Shown: positions 10,196 to 18,207, counted from the stretch's first letter. The stretch: DNA of 37,974 nt from a virus (IMGVR_UViG_2778261505_000008:1-37974); one strand, 5' to 3'. A program made the numbers and translations. The notes: a model not told the origin generated them from the letters alone.

Positions 10196-11048
10196 TCTTG
10201 CAACCGTAACACATTTAAGGCCTTCACAACGGCCTGTGGAGCGTCGTGTGGCAGAAGTTGAAGATGGTTATACCCGTCTTGCAAATGCCCTGTATGAAGA
10301 GCTTATCGGCGCAGATTTAACGAAAAATCAGAGCAAGGTTGCCCACGCCATATGCCGTAAAACATACGGCTACGGTAAAAAGATGGATCGCATCTCTGAT
10401 AGTCAGTTAGCTCAAATTACCAGGCTGCCAAGACAGAAGGTAAACAAGGCCAAGAATGAGCTTATCGCGATGAAGGTTATCCTTCGCGAAGGCCAGCAAA
10501 TCGGGCCTAACAAGAACATCGAGGAATGGCAAATCGAAGGGTGTCACTACTCTGGTGATAATGTCACTGCATTGGTGACAAAAAGTGTCACCAAAACGGT
10601 GACAGCCCTGTCACCAAAACAGGGACACACAAAAGAAACTATTACAAAAGAAAAAAGAAATAATAAAAACACTATGTCCGAAAGTGTTCGGACGGAGTGT
10701 GAAAAATCACCTGACCGTCACGAAGAAACCGACAAGGCATTCGAGGAAATATTCTGGTGTGCAGGCATGCGGAAAGCCGGGAAGAAAAACGCAGCTTCGG
10801 CATTCAGAACACAGTTCAGGGAATGGCGTAAAACTACCAGGGGTACGGCAAGCGAGTTTGCCACGATGCTGGCAGAAGACATCGCATGCAGGAATGGTAA
10901 GCAGTTCGGATTCGACAGGTTGTTACCATCGAGCTACCTGAACGGTCAACGCTGGAACGACGAGAAGCCAGAAACTATTCAACCACAATCCAAACCATCA
11001 TCCGCAATCACCGTATCGAAAACTGGCTACGTGTTTTTCGACAGGTGA
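10188..11048 (+). CDS. Replication initiator, lambda O-like N-terminal domain
   Basis: ORF track 10188..11048 (+). N-terminal [68 protein letters not shown] resembles the phage replication protein O N-domain. Origin-like repeats sit in the central linker. Confidence 0.75.
   Translation: MSNLATVTHLRPSQRPVERRVAEVEDGYTRLANALYEELIGADLTKNQSKVAHAICRKTYGYGKKMDRISDSQLAQITRLPRQKVNKAKNELIAMKVILREGQQIGPNKNIEEWQIEGCHYSGDNVTALVTKSVTKTVTALSPKQGHTKETITKEKRNNKNTMSESVRTECEKSPDRHEETDKAFEEIFWCAGMRKAGKKNAASAFRTQFREWRKTTRGTASEFATMLAEDIACRNGKQFGFDRLLPSSYLNGQRWNDEKPETIQPQSKPSSAITVSKTGYVFFDR
10562..10675. other. Candidate replication origin inside the O-like gene
   Basis: Dyad repeats ggtgaca-aaaag-tgtcacc (10574-10592) and ggtgaca-gccc-tgtcacc (10598-10615), plus tgtcact at 10562-10568, followed by an A-rich stretch at 10622-10675. 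Same layout as ori-lambda inside O. Confidence 0.55.
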
Positions 11049-11155
11049 ACCATGAAATCAAAAATCAAATCGCTACTGGTCGCTGGTTATAACCACGGTT
11101 GGTTAAGTATTTCGTTTGTCGATTTCTGGTTTAAAAATCTCAATCTGAGGGAATC

Positions 11156-13036
11156 ATGACGCCAAGTGAACTCAGCGACCTGCTTTGGGCGCAGGTTGAC
11201 AGGGTGGCTCCGCACCTGTTGCCAAACGGCAAGAAAGAGGGGCATGAGTGGGTTGCCGGTAACGTCAACGGTGACAAGGGAAACAGCCTTAAGGTCAACC
11301 TTAGCGGCAAGAAAAAATGGGCTGATTTCGCTGAGGGAGACGGCGGTGACATGCTTGATTTGTGGATGGCATGTCGTGGAATTAACCTGCATCAGGCTAT
11401 GCAGGAAGCGAAAGCATTTCTCGGTATCAAGGATGACGATCACCATTTCGATGCCAAACGTGAGAAAAAATTCTCCAGACCTGATCGCAAGAAAATCGCC
11501 CGCTACGTTACCAGAACAGAATCCCATCTTGAGTACCTGCAATCGCGTGGCATATCGCCAGAAATCGTAAAGCGCTACGAGGTTGTCAGCGGCAAGGTGT
11601 GGAATGGAGAACGAGAACTGGATGCCCTGGTGCTTCCGTACAAACGCGATGGTGAGTTGTTGCAGGTCAAGCGAATCAGCACTGAGCGCCCGGACGGGAA
11701 GAAAGTCATTATGGCAGAAGGTGATTGCGAACCTTGTCTGTTCGGATGGCAGGCTCTGGACGCTGGCGTGAGGGCGGTTGTACTTTGCGAAGGCGAAATT
11801 GATTGTATGAGCTATGCGCAATACGGCATCTCGGCGTTATCCGTGCCGTTTGGTGGCGGGAAAGGTGCTAAGCAACAGTGGATTGAGTTTGAGTATCACA
11901 ACCTCGACAGGTTTGAGGAGATATTCATCTCGATGGACGTTGATGATGTTGGTCGTGAAGCCGCAAGGGAAATCGCAAGCCGACTCGGTGAACATCGTTG
12001 CCGTCTTGTTACTCTGCCGTACAAAGACATCAACGAATGCCTGATGAACGGTGTTACCGAGGATGAAATCTGGCAGTACATCGGCATGGCATCCTACTTC
12101 GATCCTGAAGAACTCTACAGTGCGCGAGAGTTTTACCAGGACACTATCAACGCTTTCTACGGCAAGCAGCAGTATCTGTTTAATCCACCGTGGGAATCTC
12201 TGGCAGATAAATTCCAGTTCCGTGAGGCAGAGTTGACGCTGGTCAATGGTGTGAACGGCCACGGAAAAACGGAGGTTGTCGGGCATATGGCACTTGAGGC
12301 AATGCGTCAGGGTGTGAAGACGTGCATCGCGTCACTTGAGCTGAAGCCTGGTATTCTCCTTAAGCGCCTTACCCGTCAGGCGACGTGCTGCAAGATGCCG
12401 CCAGTGCTGGAAATTGACTCTGCATTTAAATTTTATGACGAGAGACTTTGGGTGTTTGGTCTGACCGGAACGGCGAAAGCCGACAGGCTGATCGAAATAT
12501 TCGACTACGCTCGCCGCCGATACGGTATCCAGTTATTCATCATCGACAGCCTGATGAAATGTGGCATAGGCGACGATGACTATAACGGGCAGAAGGCGTT
12601 TGTTGACTCGATTTGCGACTTCAAAAACAAAACAAACTCCCACGTCATTCTCGTTACTCACTCGCGAAAAGGAGACAGCGAAGAAAAACCAACCGGGAAA
12701 ATGGACGTAAAAGGCTCTGGAGCGATAACAGACCTGACAGACAATCTTTTCATCATCTGGCGTAACAAGGCTCGCGAGAGAGCGTTACAGAGAGTTCAGA
12801 GTGGTGAAAAGATGTCAGAGAAGGACGAACAGCTACTGGCATCTCCGGCATCTGTTTTGATGCTTGAAAAACAACGTAACGGCGAAGGTTGGGAAGGTGG
12901 TGTCCCGTTGTTCCTTGACGAGCAATCGCACCAGTTCCTGCAACTTGAATCAGGATCGCCATATAGCTACATCGCTAATATGCCGAAATCGGAATATGAC
13001 GAGGCGTGGCGACAGGAAAACGTGACGGAGTATTAA
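11156..13036 (+). CDS. Primase-helicase fusion: Toprim primase domain plus DnaB-like helicase C-terminal domain (626 aa)
   Basis: ORF track 11156..13036 (+), GAGGGA upstream. Toprim-like VVLCEGEIDCMSYAQYG; Walker A GVNGHGKT and Walker B-like LFIIDSL in the C-terminal half. Occupies the lambda P position. Confidence 0.8.
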   Translation: MTPSELSDLLWAQVDRVAPHLLPNGKKEGHEWVAGNVNGDKGNSLKVNLSGKKKWADFAEGDGGDMLDLWMACRGINLHQAMQEAKAFLGIKDDDHHFDAKREKKFSRPDRKKIARYVTRTESHLEYLQSRGISPEIVKRYEVVSGKVWNGERELDALVLPYKRDGELLQVKRISTERPDGKKVIMAEGDCEPCLFGWQALDAGVRAVVLCEGEIDCMSYAQYGISALSVPFGGGKGAKQQWIEFEYHNLDRFEEIFISMDVDDVGREAAREIASRLGEHRCRLVTLPYKDINECLMNGVTEDEIWQYIGMASYFDPEELYSAREFYQDTINAFYGKQQYLFNPPWESLADKFQFREAELTLVNGVNGHGKTEVVGHMALEAMRQGVKTCIASLELKPGILLKRLTRQATCCKMPPVLEIDSAFKFYDERLWVFGLTGTAKADRLIEIFDYARRRYGIQLFIIDSLMKCGIGDDDYNGQKAFVDSICDFKNKTNSHVILVTHSRKGDSEEKPTGKMDVKGSGAITDLTDNLFIIWRNKARERALQRVQSGEKMSEKDEQLLASPASVLMLEKQRNGEGWEGGVPLFLDEQSHQFLQLESGSPYSYIANMPKSEYDEAWRQENVTEY

Positions 13037-13065
13037 ATGACCATCTACATCACTGAGCTAATAAC

Positions 13066-13097
13066 AGGCCTGCTGGTAATCGCAGGCCTTTTTATTT
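13066..13097 (+). terminator. Rho-independent terminator after the primase-helicase gene
   Basis: aggcctgc-tggtaatc-gcaggcct: 8-bp perfect stem, then ttttatttg. Confidence 0.7.
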
Positions 13098-13113
13098 GGG
13101 GGAGAGGGAAGTC

Positions 13114-13701
13114 ATGAAAAAACTAACCTTTGAAATTCGATCTCCAGCACATCAGCAAAACGCTATTCACGCAGTACAGCAAATCCTTCCAGACCCAACC
13201 AAACCAATCAATCAAATAACTCAGCAGAGACTTAAAGAAGTCCTTCTCTACGATGAGTTAACAGGGAAATTCACATGGAAAGTAAAGAAATGCCAGAGAA
13301 TGAATGCTGGGGATATCGCAGGGCATAAGAGTAGCGAAGGCTACTGGGTAATAAAAGTCGATGGAAAACTTTATAAGGCACACAGGCTGGCGTGGCTCTA
13401 TATGAATGGCAGTCTACCAAAAAGTGATATCGACCACATAAATCTCGTTAGGGATGACAATCGTATAGCAAATCTTAGATTGGCAACTCGATCTCAAAAC
13501 ATCCAAAACGTAAACAAAAAGGCAAATAACAAATCAGGATATAAAGGCGTTTCATGGGATAAGAAATCAAGAAAATGGAGGGCGCAAATCGTAATCAACA
13601 AGAGGAAAGTTAATCTTGGGTTTTACGATGACCCAAAGGAAGCTCATAAAGTATATGCAAATAAAGCGGATGAATGTTTCGGCGAATTTGCGAGGTATTA
13701 A
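13114..13701 (+). CDS. HNH endonuclease with a NinB-like N-terminal segment fused in frame
   Basis: ATG at 13114 with GGAGAGGGAAG upstream. HNH/AP2-type core ...[35 protein letters not shown]...GYKGVSWDKKSRKWRAQI.... The first 32 aa MKKLTFEIRSPAHQQNAIHAVQQILPDPTKPI match my recollection of the lambda NinB N-terminus and are absent from the paralog at 36510-37010. Confidence 0.85.
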   Translation: MKKLTFEIRSPAHQQNAIHAVQQILPDPTKPINQITQQRLKEVLLYDELTGKFTWKVKKCQRMNAGDIAGHKSSEGYWVIKVDGKLYKAHRLAWLYMNGSLPKSDIDHINLVRDDNRIANLRLATRSQNIQNVNKKANNKSGYKGVSWDKKSRKWRAQIVINKRKVNLGFYDDPKEAHKVYANKADECFGEFARY

Positions 13702-13702
13702 A

Positions 13703-14131
13703 ATGAAATGTGTCAAATATCACCTTACTAATGAATCTATAAGATATAACGCCATTCAGTATCTTAGGACATGCGATTTAGACATCATTGTCGAGTTTAA
13801 GCAGCGCAACCGCAGCTTAGACCAGAATCGAAAGCTTTGGGCCTGCTTAGGTGACGTCTCTCGTCAGGTTGAATGGCATGGTCGCTGGCTGGATGCAGAA
13901 AGCTGGAAGTGTGTGTTTACCGCAGCATTAAAGCAGCAGGATGTTGTTCCTAACCTTGCCGGGAATGGCTTTGTAGTAATAGGCCAGTCAACCAGCAGGA
14001 TGCGTGTAAACGAATTTGCGGAGCTATTAGAGCTTATACAGGCATTCGGTACAGAGCGTGGCGTTAAGTGGTCAGACGAAGCGAGACTGGCTCTGGAGTG
14101 GAAAGCGAGATGGGGAGATCGGGCTGCATGA
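13703..14131 (+). CDS. ninB: NinB (Orf-family recombination mediator) with a divergent N-terminus
   Basis: ATG at 13703 with GAGGT upstream, 1 nt after the HNH stop. From ...KQRNRSLDQNRKLWACLGDVSRQVEWHGRWLDAESWKCVFTAALKQQDVVPNLAGNGFVVIGQSTSRM... to the end it matches remembered lambda NinB. The first 28 aa are a diverged version of the NinB N-terminus. Confidence 0.85.
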   Translation: MKCVKYHLTNESIRYNAIQYLRTCDLDIIVEFKQRNRSLDQNRKLWACLGDVSRQVEWHGRWLDAESWKCVFTAALKQQDVVPNLAGNGFVVIGQSTSRMRVNEFAELLELIQAFGTERGVKWSDEARLALEWKARWGDRAA

Positions 14132-14655
14132 CTATCAAATCAAATACGCCAGCACACGACAAGGACTGCTGGCAAACGCCGCTTTGGCTTTTTGATGCAC
14201 TGGATATTGAGTTTGGATTCTGGCTGGATTCGGCAGCGAGCGACAAAAATGCTCTGTGTGCTCACTGGCTAACTGAGGCCGACGACGCGCTCAATTCTGA
14301 GTGGGTAAGCCACGGTGCAATCTGGAATAACCCACCGTACAGCAATATCAGGCCGTGGGTGGAAAAAGCCGCTGAGCAGTGCATACAACAGCGACAGACG
14401 GTAGTTATGCTTGTGCCAGAGGATATGTCTGTCGGATGGTTCAGCAAGGCTCTGGAGAGTGTTGACGAAGTTCGCATTATCACTGATGGACGGATTAATT
14501 TTATCGAACCATCGACAGGGCTGGAGAAGAAGGGAAACAGCAAAGGTTCCATGCTGCTGATTTGGCGACCGTTCATCAGTCCTCGACGGATGTTTACTAC
14601 CGTATCCAAAGCGGCATTGATGGCGATCGGGCAGGGCGTCAGGAGGGCGGCATGA
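14128..14655 (+). CDS. Phage Dam-like DNA N6-adenine methyltransferase
   Basis: ATG at 14128 overlapping the ninB stop. NPPY catalytic motif ([11 protein letters not shown]) and Dam-type N-terminus [13 protein letters not shown]. No adjacent restriction gene, so an orphan methylase. Confidence 0.75.
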   Translation: MTIKSNTPAHDKDCWQTPLWLFDALDIEFGFWLDSAASDKNALCAHWLTEADDALNSEWVSHGAIWNNPPYSNIRPWVEKAAEQCIQQRQTVVMLVPEDMSVGWFSKALESVDEVRIITDGRINFIEPSTGLEKKGNSKGSMLLIWRPFISPRRMFTTVSKAALMAIGQGVRRAA

Positions 14656-14834
14656 GGCGACAGCGACGAAGTTTCACCGACATAATCTGCGAAAACTGCA
14701 AATACCTTCCAACGAAACGCTCCAGAAATAAACGCAAGCCAATCCCAAAAGAATCTGACGTAAAAACCTTCAACTACACGGCTCACCTGTGGGATATCCG
14801 GTGGCTTAGAGAACGTGCGAGGAAAACAAGGTGA
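14652..14834 (+). CDS. ninE: NinE (60 aa)
   Basis: ATG at 14652 with AGGAGGG upstream. [60 protein letters not shown] matches remembered lambda NinE. Confidence 0.85.
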   Translation: MRRQRRSFTDIICENCKYLPTKRSRNKRKPIPKESDVKTFNYTAHLWDIRWLRERARKTR

Positions 14835-15001
14835 TTGACCCAAATCGAAGTTACGAACAAGAAAGCGTCGAGCGAGCTTTAACGTGCGCTAACTGCGGTC
14901 AGAAGCTGCATGTGCTGGAAGTTCACGTGTGCTCAGATTGCTGCGCAGAACTGATGAGCGATCCGAATAGCTCAATGTACGAGGAAGAAGACGATGAATG
15001 A
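14831..15001 (+). CDS. ninF: NinF-like Cys-rich small protein (56 aa), GTG start
   Basis: Not in the ORF track. GTG at 14831 overlaps the ninE stop. [56 protein letters not shown]. Stop overlaps the next ATG. Confidence 0.65.
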   Translation: MIDPNRSYEQESVERALTCANCGQKLHVLEVHVCSDCCAELMSDPNSSMYEEEDDE

Positions 15002-15716
15002 GTTAATAAATGGCAATGTCATCAAAATGACAAGCATTGAAATCGCTGAGTTGGTGGGTAAGCGTCATGACAATGTGAAACGTACCATCGAAACGCTGGA
15101 TAAAAATGGTGTTATCCGGCTTCCTCAAATTGAGGATTGTGGAAGAATCAATGGGTTAGGCTTAAATCAAAGTTTTTGTGTGTATGTATTCGAAGGCGAA
15201 CAAGGAAAGCGAGACAGTATTGTCGTTGTAGCCCAGTTGTCGCCGGAATTCACCGCTCGTCTTGTTGACCGTTGGCGAGAGCTTGAAGAATCTGCGGTTA
15301 ATATCCCAAAAACGCTACCAGAAGCGTTGCGCCTTGCTGCTGACCTTGCTGAGCAGAAAATGCAACTGGAAAACCAGCTCGCAATTGCCGCACCTAAAGT
15401 TGAGTTTGCCGATCGCGTTGGCGAGGCCAGCGGAATTTTGATTGGAAACTTTGCAAAGGTTGTTGGAATTGGTCCAAACAAACTGTTTGCGTGGATGCGC
15501 GATCACAAAATCCTTATTGCTTCAGGTTCCCGGCGCAATGTGCCAATGCAGGAATATATGGATCGCGGCTATTTCACAGTGAAAGAAACAGCGGTCAACA
15601 CAAATCACGGGATACAGATATCGTTCACCACAAAAATCACCGGGCGTGGTCAACAGTGGCTGACCAGAAAGCTTCTCGATAACGGAATGCTGAAAGTAAC
15701 AGGGGAGGCTGCTTAA
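14994..15716 (+). CDS. Rha-family regulator with KilA-C-type antirepressor C-terminal domain
   Basis: ORF track 14994..15716 (+). N-terminus MTSIEIAELVGKRHDNVKRTIETL is Rha-like; the C-terminal half resembles antirepressor KilA-C domains. Confidence 0.75.
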   Translation: MNELINGNVIKMTSIEIAELVGKRHDNVKRTIETLDKNGVIRLPQIEDCGRINGLGLNQSFCVYVFEGEQGKRDSIVVVAQLSPEFTARLVDRWRELEESAVNIPKTLPEALRLAADLAEQKMQLENQLAIAAPKVEFADRVGEASGILIGNFAKVVGIGPNKLFAWMRDHKILIASGSRRNVPMQEYMDRGYFTVKETAVNTNHGIQISFTTKITGRGQQWLTRKLLDNGMLKVTGEAA

Positions 15717-16006
15717 TGGCTAATCTACGCAAAGAAGCACGCGGCAGAGAATGCCAGGTACGTATTTACGGCGTATGCAATGGTAATCCTGAAACTACAG
15801 TTCTGGCACATTACCGGATGGCTGGAATTTGCGGAACGGGAATGAAGCCTGACGACATGATCGGCGCATGGGCTTGTAGCGCGTGTCACGATGAAATCGA
15901 CCGACGCACCCATAATATCGACAACAAAGACGCCAGACTTTACCACCTCGAAGGCGTAATCAGGACGCAGGCGGTATTGCTGAAGGAGGGGAAGGTTAAG
16001 TCATGA
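15716..16006 (+). CDS. DUF1364 (YbcO-like) protein
   Basis: ORF track 15716..16006 (+). MANLRKEARGRECQVRIYGVCNGNPETTVLAHYR...CSACHDEIDRRTH resembles E. coli DLP12 YbcO. Confidence 0.75.
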   Translation: MANLRKEARGRECQVRIYGVCNGNPETTVLAHYRMAGICGTGMKPDDMIGAWACSACHDEIDRRTHNIDNKDARLYHLEGVIRTQAVLLKEGKVKS

Positions 16007-16365
16007 ATGAATATCGGTTTGTGCTTCCATACCCGCCGTCGGTGAACACCTACTGGCGAAGACGGGGAAGCCAATACTACATCAGCGATAAAGGCCAGAA
16101 ATACCGAAAAGATGTACAGCAAATAATCCGCCAACTCAAGTTAGATATTTTCACCAAATCACGACTCCGCATCAAAGTCATCGCAGACGTTCCAGACTCC
16201 CGCCGCCGCGACCTCGATAACATCCTGAAAGGTTTACTCGACTCCCTTATCCACTCCGGATTTGCGGAAGACGACGAGCAATTCGATGACATTCGCGTAA
16301 TTCGTGGCGTGAAAGTACCAGGCGGAAGGCTTGGAATAAAAATCACCGAACTGGAGAACGTATGA
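16003..16365 (+). CDS. rusA: Holliday junction resolvase RusA
   Basis: ORF track 16003..16365 (+). ...DVPDSRRRDLDNILKGLLDSL... and ...VPGGRLGIKITELENV align with E. coli RusA motifs (RRRDLDN). Confidence 0.9.
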   Translation: MNEYRFVLPYPPSVNTYWRRRGSQYYISDKGQKYRKDVQQIIRQLKLDIFTKSRLRIKVIADVPDSRRRDLDNILKGLLDSLIHSGFAEDDEQFDDIRVIRGVKVPGGRLGIKITELENV

Positions 16366-16550
16366 ACGCCACAATTCAAACGATACCAGAGCTTCTTATC
16401 CAGACACGAGGCAATCAGACCGAAGTGGCGAGGATGCTTTCCTGCGCAAGAGGAACGGTGCTCAAGTACAACCGAGACAGCAAAGGCGAACGTCACGTAA
16501 TAGTTAACGGCGTCCTGATGGTCAAACAGGGCAAGAGGGGAAGACGATGA
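16362..16550 (+). CDS. ninH: NinH-like protein
   Basis: ORF track 16362..16550 (+). ...TIPELLIQTRGNQTEVARMLSCARGTVLKY... resembles remembered lambda NinH. Confidence 0.7.
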   Translation: MNATIQTIPELLIQTRGNQTEVARMLSCARGTVLKYNRDSKGERHVIVNGVLMVKQGKRGRR

Positions 16551-17065
16551 GCATAAGAGAACTAAACCTCACCAAAGAACAGCACGATTGGCTGAATGGC
16601 TGGCTTGAACTGTGGGGCGCATGGGTTTATTCAGGTCGTCTGGAAAAGCGCATGAGCAGCGTAATAGCGAAGTTCATGGAGAGCGTAGAGCCGGGAAGAG
16701 TTATGACAAGGCCAATGTGTAATGATGATGATGGAATGTTGATTTCTCAGGTCGTCGATTCCGTCATGTGCATTGACAAGAAAGCCTTTGGCATCCTCCT
16801 CAGCTACTACGCTCATGGTTCATCTAAGCGAGCAATTGCATCCTACTATCACGCGACTGCAAAGCCACGCAAGATGTGTGGACGTGGTGGTGAGGGATGG
16901 AGAAAACCTTCACTGGCAACCTGTAGAAATGAAATTGACGACATCCTGAAAGCGTCGTTATTTGTTTTGTACCAACCAATGCAAAATGCTTTCAAAATGC
17001 GTAAACGTGTTGAGAAAGTTAAGCATGTTGCTGTTAAAAGCCTTGACATGCAATTAGCCATTTAG
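16547..17065 (+). CDS. Q: Late antiterminator Q (phage 21/82 type, not lambda type)
   Basis: ORF track 16547..17065 (+). ...LELWGAWVYSG...RPMCNDDDGMLISQVV... matches the Q-antiterminator family signature remembered from E. coli QuuD. Confidence 0.8.
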   Translation: MSIRELNLTKEQHDWLNGWLELWGAWVYSGRLEKRMSSVIAKFMESVEPGRVMTRPMCNDDDGMLISQVVDSVMCIDKKAFGILLSYYAHGSSKRAIASYYHATAKPRKMCGRGGEGWRKPSLATCRNEIDDILKASLFVLYQPMQNAFKMRKRVEKVKHVAVKSLDMQLAI

Positions 17066-17072
17066 CCATAAT
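17043..17072 (+). promoter_or_regulatory. PR'-like late promoter
   Basis: -35 TTGACA (17043-17048), 18-nt spacer, -10 CATAAT (17067-17072), overlapping the Q 3' end as PR'/qut does in lambdoid phages. Confidence 0.5.
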
Positions 17073-17082
17073 TAGAGGGTAA

Positions 17083-17126
17083 GCTGCCGTTAGTGACTCT
17101 TAAGTTGCAACGGTGGCTTTTTTTAT
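17083..17126 (+). terminator. tR'-like terminator
   Basis: Imperfect stem gctgccgtt...aacggtggc followed by ttttttta (17118-17125), about 45 nt downstream of the putative promoter. Confidence 0.4.
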
Positions 17127-17128
17127 TT

Positions 17129-17203
17129 GGGTCAGTCGTATAAAGGTCATTACGGAAGGCTGTTAACCTTCTTATCGTGGTTCGAGTCCACGCTGTCCCG
17201 CCA
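17129..17203 (+). tRNA. tRNA-Asn (anticodon GUU) candidate, 75 nt
   Basis: Hand fold: acceptor gggtcag/ctgtccc (one U-U mismatch), anticodon stem gaagg/ccttc with loop CUGUUAA, T-arm cgtgg-TTCGAGT-ccacg, discriminator G, encoded CCA. Confidence 0.6.
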
Positions 17204-17208
17204 AATAT

Positions 17209-17284
17209 GCTGGTTTAGCTCCAATGGTAGAGCAGTCGCCTTGTAAGCGAATGGGTAGCGGTTCAAGTCCGTTAACCAGCACCA
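17209..17284 (+). tRNA. tRNA-Thr (anticodon UGU) candidate, 76 nt
   Basis: Hand fold: perfect 7-bp acceptor gctggtt/aaccagc, D-arm gctc-caatggta-gagc, anticodon loop CUUGUAA, T-arm agcgg-TTCAAGT-ccgtt, discriminator A, encoded CCA. Confidence 0.7.
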
Positions 17285-17372
17285 TAACTGAGCCGTAGCC
17301 ACTGGCTATCATGAATTCATCGGTGATAGTTACGCTGCGGCCTTCTACACATGACCTTCGTGAAAGCGGGTG

Positions 17373-17406
17373 GCAAGAGGTTGCGCTAACAACCTCCTGC
17401 CGTTTT
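17373..17406 (+). terminator. Hairpin downstream of the tRNA pair
   Basis: gcaagaggttg-cgctaa-caacctcctgc: 11-bp stem with one mismatch, then cgtttt. Weak T-run. Confidence 0.3.
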
Positions 17407-17506
17407 GCCCGTGCATATCGGTCACGAACAAATCTGATTACTAAACACAGTAGCCTGGATTTGTTCTATCAGTAATCGACCTTATTCCTAATTAAATAGA
17501 GCAAAT

Positions 17507-17522
17507 CCCCTCAATGAAGGGG
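17507..17522 (+). promoter_or_regulatory. Stem-loop occluding the holin Shine-Dalgarno
   Basis: cccct-caatga-agggg. The 3' arm is the SD (aagggg, 17518-17522) for the holin ATG at 17529. Analogous in position to the lambda S sdi structure. Confidence 0.35.
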
Positions 17523-17528
17523 TAGAGC

Positions 17529-17732
17529 ATGTACCGTATGGACAAAATCAGAGAATGGTTCAGTTACAGCTTCGGAGGACTGACTGCGATGGGTGGCATT
17601 CTCTCCCTGAATGACTGGGCTGTCATCATTGGTATTCTTTGTACTGTCGGCACATTTGGCATCAACTGGTACTACAAGCGCAAAGAGCGCGAGGACAGAT
17701 TGAATGGCAATGTCACCGGCACTACGAAATAG
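17529..17732 (+). CDS. Holin (67 aa) with dual-start motif
   Basis: ORF track 17529..17732 (+). MYRMDK... gives Met1 and Met4 with a basic residue between. Two hydrophobic segments, charged C-tail. Immediately precedes the endolysin. Confidence 0.8.
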   Translation: MYRMDKIREWFSYSFGGLTAMGGILSLNDWAVIIGILCTVGTFGINWYYKRKEREDRLNGNVTGTTK

Positions 17733-18207
17733 CGTAATAGCGGCGATAAGTGGCGGGGCTATTGCTATAGCATCTGTGTTAATCACTGGACCAAGTGGTA
17801 ACGATGGTCTGGAAGGTGTCAGCTACATACCATACAAAGATATTGTTGGTGTATGGACTGTATGTCACGGACACACCGGAAAAGACATCATGCTCGGTAA
17901 AACGTATACCGAAGCAGAATGCAAAGCTCTCCTGAACAAAGACCTTGCCACGGTCGCCAGACAAATTAACCCGTACATCAAAGTCGATATACCGGAAACA
18001 ACGCGCGGCGCTCTTTACTCGTTCGTCTACAACGTGGGGGCTGGCAATTTCAGAACATCGACGCTTCTTCGCAAAATCAACCAGGGCGATATCAAGGGCG
18101 CATGTGACCAGCTGCGTCGCTGGACATACGCTGGCGGTAAGCAATGGAAAGGGCTGATGACTCGTCGTGAGATTGAGCGTGAAGTCTGTTTGTGGGGGCA
18201 GCAATGA
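17704..18207 (+). CDS. SAR endolysin (T4-lysozyme family), phage 21 R-like
   Basis: ORF track 17704..18207 (+). Signal-anchor-release helix [21 protein letters not shown], then ...[25 protein letters not shown]... matching remembered P21 R. Confidence 0.9.
   Translation: MAMSPALRNSVIAAISGGAIAIASVLITGPSGNDGLEGVSYIPYKDIVGVWTVCHGHTGKDIMLGKTYTEAECKALLNKDLATVARQINPYIKVDIPETTRGALYSFVYNVGAGNFRTSTLLRKINQGDIKGACDQLRRWTYAGGKQWKGLMTRREIEREVCLWGQQ

Noticed and set aside
11087-11821. 244-aa minus-strand ORF antisense to the O-like and primase-helicase genes
   Set aside because: Lies entirely antisense to well-supported coding sequence; a typical shadow ORF.
13096-13113. Upstream TTG start for the HNH gene as drawn in the ORF track
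   Set aside because: The ATG at 13114 has a strong GGAGAGGGAAG site at optimal spacing; the TTG lies inside the terminator T-run.
13114-13701. Intein or group I intron explanation for the HNH element in ninB
   Set aside because: The HNH and downstream ninB frames differ and ninB has its own SD and ATG, so an intein is excluded and free-standing insertion is more parsimonious. A group I intron cannot be excluded from sequence alone.
14262-14843. 193-aa minus-strand ORF across the methyltransferase and ninE genes
   Set aside because: Antisense to two coupled, motif-bearing genes of the rightward nin operon.
17285-17528. Shiga toxin or other cargo genes, or a third tRNA, between the tRNAs and the lysis genes
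   Set aside because: This is the classic stx position, but the 244-bp segment has no ORF of useful length and no further T-arm/acceptor pattern.
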